Virus record (IMG/VR): IMGVR_UViG_3300020473_000035
Span: 1-55,099 of that record
Strand: one strand, 5' to 3'
DNA from: a virus
Taxonomy: Duplodnaviria > Caudoviricetes
Length of the DNA stretch: 55,099 bases
This document shows positions 50,167-55,099 of this stretch, one piece after another. The notes below the pieces were generated by a model that saw only the letters and a program-made list of their open reading frames with translations, did not search any database and had not been told where the DNA came from. Position numbers and translations under genes: made by a program. Each line of letters begins with the position of its first letter. Positions within the stretch are counted from its first letter, which is position 1.

Positions 50167-52140
50167 TTAATAAATAACACACGAATCGCCATCACAGAAC
50201 TTTGTACCACCGCCCTGCTGATCTGTATCAAAGCGTTGGATCGGTGTGATACCCTTCACAAGCTCTTCATACTTCTCTTTAGTAATCGGCTCATAGGGTG
50301 CCTGCACATAACCAGTCTCCTCGTACTTCAAAAAAGATACGGCTTTAAGTCTGGTTTCATACATTTCCAAAGCATCTTTAATCTGATGGGCCTCTTCGGG
50401 CTTAAACGTCACCGTGACAGACACAGAATTATCCGCCCAATACTGCTGATATTGTGCAGCAATCTCTAGTTGTTCCCACATAGACACATCCTTTTTACCT
50501 TTGTGGAAATAAGGTTCATGTACTGGGAATTCAACACAGACTGTGTTTGGCGAATATTCATCATCCTCAATATTATAACCTGCTTCGCGTAAAGTGTCAA
50601 GCAATTTCGAATCTTTAGAGAATCTGATACGGCGAATGTAATATTCGTTCTCTGGGAAGTGAATTCCTGGCGATGAGCCGTTCAGCAACGAAACAGTGCC
50701 GGAAGGCTTAATTGATGTCATGCGAATAGACTTCGGAATACACAACCAATTGGAGTATTCTTCGTCAAGCTCCTTGATATATTCATAGGCACGATCACAC
50801 CATGCATATACCTGCCGACGACCAAACTTATTAAATGCCTGCACAACACCAGATTGTGAAAGGCCAATACGACGGTTCTTAAGCATCTTGGCGTTTGTTT
50901 CGGGCCAATGTGTGTTGGAAAGTGTGATTGTCTTGCCATACAAATAGGCGATTTTCAAAGTACGCTGATAATCCTCGTAATCTTCGTGCTTTGCTGGGAA
51001 AGTTTCCACCAAACAGCATAGCTCTGCATCCTCTAGCTGTTGCTCCACGCACGGATTAAATCCAGCAACGTTTATATCATCATACCTTTCGGGATCTTTA
51101 AAGCGACCTCTGGTACGGGCGTTATTAAGCCAGATATATCCAGGCTCCCCGTTCTTTTGTGATTGCTCTGCATGCCACGTGTAATCCATTCCGACAATAG
51201 CGTTCAAAGAGTTATTTGAACCCCAACGATGATGATAAAGCTTCTCTTGATCGTTCTTCATCTCCAAATAGTGACGGTCATCATGCCGACCCATGGCCAG
51301 TGCCGCAGAGCGACGAACATTGCCTGCCACCACACAACGACCAATAAGGTTTTCGGTGTCCACAATGTCAACGGACGTAATTGGCTCTCCGACCTTTGCG
51401 CTATACATTTCTGTTAAGTTTTCATGCAATTCTTTGAGAGGTCCAGCCCCAGAAGACGTTCCGCCAAAACCTTTGATGAGTGCGCCTTTCGGACGAATAG
51501 CTGAATAGTCAAATCTGGGAATTTTTTGGCCGAAAAAAAATCCGTCCAACAACATATGGACCGAATTGACCCATCCCTCCCTGGAGTCATCAATAACATG
51601 CACGTCATTAGTATACTGTGGCTCTCGGATAGTAACACTGCCTGCGCCCTCGGTATCAAAACCGACCCCGATACCCACCATCAGGGCATCCATCATCCAT
51701 GCAAAAAGATAGCCGCCCTTATAAGGAAGGTCTTTGGTAGAGCGGAAAGCACAGTTAAACAAACCTGCAGCCGTGCGCTCCTCAACAAACTTCGTTCCCA
51801 TCATCCACAACCCGCGACCAGGAGGTGTCCATTTAAGATTGAACAAACGATCATAGGCATCTTTAGCTGTTGCTTGCGCCTTACTATCAACCCATTCTAA
51901 TCCTAACAGGAAAACGTGCTGCTTCTGCATGTTAAACATGCCTTCGATCACGCGGCGACATGTCTGCCACCACTCTTCAGTACCTTCGGCTCCTGTTTCG
52001 AATTCACTCAACCTACGAGCATATGTCCGCTTAAACGTAACATAACCCAACGGACCCCAAGGCACTTCACGCTCCTTATAAGGCTCGATGAATGTGTCAG
52101 ATAGTCTAAATCTGCGAATGTTATCTATTGTTCTCATCAT
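50167..52140 (-). CDS. nrdJ: class II (B12-dependent) ribonucleotide reductase, monomeric type
   Basis: PPGRGLW, NC, GNVRRSA, NPCVEQ, KPSGTVS, C-terminal CDGDSC. Confidence 0.92.
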   Translation of the reverse strand: MMRTIDNIRRFRLSDTFIEPYKEREVPWGPLGYVTFKRTYARRLSEFETGAEGTEEWWQTCRRVIEGMFNMQKQHVFLLGLEWVDSKAQATAKDAYDRLFNLKWTPPGRGLWMMGTKFVEERTAAGLFNCAFRSTKDLPYKGGYLFAWMMDALMVGIGVGFDTEGAGSVTIREPQYTNDVHVIDDSREGWVNSVHMLLDGFFFGQKIPRFDYSAIRPKGALIKGFGGTSSGAGPLKELHENLTEMYSAKVGEPITSVDIVDTENLIGRCVVAGNVRRSAALAMGRHDDRHYLEMKNDQEKLYHHRWGSNNSLNAIVGMDYTWHAEQSQKNGEPGYIWLNNARTRGRFKDPERYDDINVAGFNPCVEQQLEDAELCCLVETFPAKHEDYEDYQRTLKIAYLYGKTITLSNTHWPETNAKMLKNRRIGLSQSGVVQAFNKFGRRQVYAWCDRAYEYIKELDEEYSNWLCIPKSIRMTSIKPSGTVSLLNGSSPGIHFPENEYYIRRIRFSKDSKLLDTLREAGYNIEDDEYSPNTVCVEFPVHEPYFHKGKKDVSMWEQLEIAAQYQQYWADNSVSVTVTFKPEEAHQIKDALEMYETRLKAVSFLKYEETGYVQAPYEPITKEKYEELVKGITPIQRFDTDQQGGGTKFCDGDSCVIY

Positions 52141-52142
52141 TG

Positions 52143-53534
52143 TTACCGTCCTTTTTTCTTTCTTAATTTATGATATTTTCTCTGCAATAGTTCCTTCTGC
52201 ATGCTGGAATCCAGGGTCACGGGATTTAACGGAACCTGACCATTCTGCATATGGGGGTTATTCTTGGGGAGGATCTTAATACACACGTTAGATGTGTCCA
52301 TGTGGATGGGATACACCAATCCATCTGGGCCATTTCTATTCTTTGCAATAAAGATCTTACCCAAGTTCTTTTGTTTGTCTTCAATGGTGCGCGAAACTGA
52401 AAAGATGAAGTCTGCCACAAAGCACTTGTTAAAGGCTTCAGAGATCTGTTCCATCGTGATAACTTCGGCGTTCAAACCTGACCTGTTCGTCTGCGATGCT
52501 GTCCAAATGGGACAACTAAACTCGGTCGAGAGCGCTCGAAGCTCTTCATAAATCGATTCCAATTCATTCCTCTTTTCTTTTCGTGCGGTTACTGGTTTAA
52601 GTAGATCGCCGTAGTCAACAATCACCATCCCTGGCTTAATTCCACGCTTCACTAATCTCGACAAGTGTGCGCGGATCGTGTTCGTAGATGCTGATTTGGT
52701 GGGGTATTCCTTGATGATAAGGGAACCATCAAGACCCTTAACTTCCTCATAAATTTCTTCTTTGAAGTTGATAATATCAGAAAGTGGATATCCTGTTAAG
52801 CATGAATCATATCGATTGGCTATAACTGTATCTTGTAGCTCTAGGGTATAATGCACAACTGTCTTGCCTTCGCGCAATGCTTCAGTTCCCAAGTGAACCA
52901 AGACCATGGATTTTCCAGCACCAGTGGGCGCAACCACAACTCCCAACTCACTTTTGCCCAGACCACCGCCACTGATACGATCAATCTCCGCCCATCCAGT
53001 ACTCACAGGATTGCGATGTTTCGGGACGAAGCGCTTTTCAAAGTCTGCCAAGTAGTCATACCCAAAGTTGTTCTCTGAACCAAGCTTTAATGCGTCATTA
53101 ATCGTTTTAGATATCTCATCAAACGAACAGTTCTGAAGAAGCCCTACAGACTTAAGCATTGCTTCTTTAAGATTCTGCTTGCGGCAGAAATCCAACGACG
53201 CTTCTTTGATATAATCAATGTCTGTCATCTCGCGCATGTGAATCTTGTGGAAGTATTCACGCACCTGCTTGACAACAACCTCGTCTTCATTCTCCAATTC
53301 AGTACGAAGAATGGTAGTCATCGCTTCGACTGATGGGTGCTTATTGTATTTCGCGCGATACGTCACAATTTTGTGAACGAATATACGCAAATATTGAAGC
53401 TCTAAAAAGTTAATGTTCAATACTTCTGTGATCTGGTCGGCAAAAGGTCGATCCTCGAAAATCAGTTGAACTAATCCTTCTTGGAAAGCTTTCCCATACC
53501 GACTGAAATCTGCGGTGTCCGCAGTTGCTAACAT
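52143..53534 (-). CDS. dnaB: replicative DNA helicase (DnaB/gp41-like)
   Basis: APTGAGKS, TLE, VDY, TASQTNR, KNRNG; start MLATAD after GAGGGG. Confidence 0.92.
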   Translation of the reverse strand: MLATADTADFSRYGKAFQEGLVQLIFEDRPFADQITEVLNINFLELQYLRIFVHKIVTYRAKYNKHPSVEAMTTILRTELENEDEVVVKQVREYFHKIHMREMTDIDYIKEASLDFCRKQNLKEAMLKSVGLLQNCSFDEISKTINDALKLGSENNFGYDYLADFEKRFVPKHRNPVSTGWAEIDRISGGGLGKSELGVVVAPTGAGKSMVLVHLGTEALREGKTVVHYTLELQDTVIANRYDSCLTGYPLSDIINFKEEIYEEVKGLDGSLIIKEYPTKSASTNTIRAHLSRLVKRGIKPGMVIVDYGDLLKPVTARKEKRNELESIYEELRALSTEFSCPIWTASQTNRSGLNAEVITMEQISEAFNKCFVADFIFSVSRTIEDKQKNLGKIFIAKNRNGPDGLVYPIHMDTSNVCIKILPKNNPHMQNGQVPLNPVTLDSSMQKELLQRKYHKLRKKKGR

Positions 53535-53553
53535 AGTGCCCCTCTTCATTTTT

Positions 53554-53582
53554 ATATTACACTTCCTCGCGCTGTTTGTCAA
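53554..53582 (-). promoter_or_regulatory. sigma70-type promoter of helicase operon
   Basis: TTGACA-N17-TAATAT. Confidence 0.6.
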
Positions 53583-54556
53583 GCGCTTTGTTTATTTTTA
53601 TTGTGATTGTGTGTGATACGATTTAAATTAGTTCGCAAATCTTCCCAATTCAATTCGCCAAACCCATCTTCCCTCATCATGCCTATAATTTCGGTCTTAT
53701 TGAATGTATATTCAAAGTTTTCAATCGCTTCTTGGACCACCATTTTTGATTGAATAGACATCTGGGGAGCGTACAACTGCATCATCTTATAATTATGTTC
53801 AATCAGTTGCTTTCCCTCAACAATATTGGAAAAGAACTTTAATTTGTTGCCCGTTTTATCGCAGAAATCAATAACATCTTGAATTGTATAGGTTTTATCT
53901 GCAGACAAAAAGTTCAATCTTTTTGCTACCGTAGCAAAGCCAGCACCACGAATCCCTGGAAGGTTATCCGATGCATCTCCAATAATGGCGCGAGCTAGTG
54001 CCATGTTGGTTGGATGCACTCCAGTCTGTTCAACTACTCGCTGGCGATTAAGGATCTCTTTCTTGGTAGGGCGATAAAGAACAGTCTCATCATCGCACAA
54101 CTGCATGAAATCCTTGTCATTAGACACAATAATCTTCTGCCAGCCTCTGTAATATTCCATTTGAGTGAGATAAGCTATTACATCATCAGCTTCAATCTCG
54201 GGAATAATAGTCTGCACGATGGGCATCTGGTTCAAATATTCCATCACTCTAACTTGTTGCCAAGTTTTGTTTTCTTGGACTTCATCCTCTGACAAGTTAT
54301 TAAATGCGCGATTTAAGCGCAACGGCTTGCGTCCAGACTTATAGTTCTTATCCATTTTCTTGCGCTTTGCTGAACCGTTGGGTCCATCCCAGATCACAGC
54401 AATCTCATCTGGCTGTGTGTCTCGCACAAGCTTCTGTAGGATCTTAATAAACCCTTTAATACCGCCAATGGGTTGTCCATGTGCCGATAGCGACGGGTCT
54501 ACAATGTAGGCTCGCAAGTACGCATTCAGCGCGTCAATAATCAATACTCTTTTCAT
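53579..54556 (-). CDS. 5'-3' exonuclease/flap endonuclease (T4 RNase H-like)
   Basis: IID, WD, YKSGR, EADD, SNDKDFMQL, GDASDNLPGI. Confidence 0.93.
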   Translation of the reverse strand: MKRVLIIDALNAYLRAYIVDPSLSAHGQPIGGIKGFIKILQKLVRDTQPDEIAVIWDGPNGSAKRKKMDKNYKSGRKPLRLNRAFNNLSEDEVQENKTWQQVRVMEYLNQMPIVQTIIPEIEADDVIAYLTQMEYYRGWQKIIVSNDKDFMQLCDDETVLYRPTKKEILNRQRVVEQTGVHPTNMALARAIIGDASDNLPGIRGAGFATVAKRLNFLSADKTYTIQDVIDFCDKTGNKLKFFSNIVEGKQLIEHNYKMMQLYAPQMSIQSKMVVQEAIENFEYTFNKTEIIGMMREDGFGELNWEDLRTNLNRITHNHNKNKQSA

Positions 54557-55021
54557 TTATCCTCTCCACCAATCTGGCTGTTTAGTTTTCCACGTGGCAA
54601 AACGTGCTTTCTCTCCATGGTAATACGCGCGATAAGCAGTGACCACACACTCATTTTTGTATTGTGGCGGCATTGCCTGCGCGAAGGGCGTCTGCTGCGT
54701 GCTTGGAAAGTCTAATGACAGCTTTGCGCAATGCTCAATAACTGCCTGACTTTTATGCACCTTGCCATAGCGCTTGGTATACTCGGCACACAGTGCTAGA
54801 CCGTGCGCAATGAGCCAATCCCAATTACCTTGCGAAGCACCTGCCCAAATAGTGCATGGGTGCTTTTTATGTGTAGCACCATATGGTGCATCAGAACCCA
54901 GCGCTCGTGCTGCAGTACACAACATCTGTGCTGTCTCCAAAATCATCTTGACCACATGCTTATCACATGCCATAGTGGCAGCGACAGCAGGATCTTTATG
55001 TAGTACAAATATATTCAACAA
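54557..55021 (-). CDS. pyrimidine-dimer DNA glycosylase (DenV-like) family protein
   Basis: NIFVL..DKHVVKMILETAQML, HPCTIW, EYTKRYGKVH. Confidence 0.8.
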   Translation of the reverse strand: MLNIFVLHKDPAVAATMACDKHVVKMILETAQMLCTAARALGSDAPYGATHKKHPCTIWAGASQGNWDWLIAHGLALCAEYTKRYGKVHKSQAVIEHCAKLSLDFPSTQQTPFAQAMPPQYKNECVVTAYRAYYHGEKARFATWKTKQPDWWRG

Positions 55022-55060
55022 AAACCTCCTGACCGATTTTTATTATACTCGATCAGGAGG
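55020..55060 (-). terminator. hairpin/terminator enclosing -10 box and RBS
   Basis: CCTCCTGATCGA-loop-TCGGTCAGGAGG followed by TTTTT. Confidence 0.7.
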
Positions 55061-55070
55061 CTGAAGTCAA
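55042..55070 (-). promoter_or_regulatory. sigma70-type promoter
   Basis: TTGACT-N17-TATAAT. Confidence 0.8.
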
Positions 55071-55099
55071 CAACTATTTTCAGATTCTGTAACTAATTT

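Noticed and set aside
42340-53534. Inteins or introns in dnaE, nrdJ or the helicase
   Set aside because: Lengths are normal and ORFs uninterrupted; no intein or homing-endonuclease motifs seen
53535-53582. Helicase N-terminal extension from the ORF track
   Set aside because: It overlaps a promoter; an RBS-supported ATG lies at 53534
1-55099. Bacterial chromosome origin or alternative genetic code
   Set aside because: Single-strand dense small ORFs and a phage-type gene mix argue for a phage; conserved genes are full length in code 11, with all three stop codons used in the window

Overview
A 55-kb segment of a large (jumbo-type) tailed dsDNA bacteriophage genome. Essentially all credible genes are on the minus strand; no capsid, terminase or tail gene is recognisable here. 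The right half (~20-55 kb) is a core region with dnaE-type DNA polymerase, replicative helicase, 5'-3' exonuclease, class II RNR, ThyX, dUTPase, PurA, IMPDH/GMPR, GroEL and GroES, two ClpP-like proteases, a J-domain protein, an amidase endolysin, DNA methyltransferases, an MspI-like restriction endonuclease, a Pol-beta-type nucleotidyltransferase and several large putative virion proteins. The left half (~0-20 kb) is an accessory/early region with a MoxR AAA+/VWA-metallopeptidase pair, four tRNAs and dozens of tiny ORFs. Three things stand out. (1) About 30 divergent small 'MKVGDLV' SH3/KOW-like genes (mostly 50-95 aa), many in tandem arrays joined by a conserved dual-coding DNA junction (RBS, start and upstream stop in one motif), which looks like a shufflable cassette library. 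(2) Fourteen copies of a ~54-bp early promoter element with three stacked TTGAC boxes, showing mosaic exchange between copies. (3) Two candidate structured ncRNAs (7613-7792 and 17794-17945). All family assignments come from motifs read by eye; no database searches were run.
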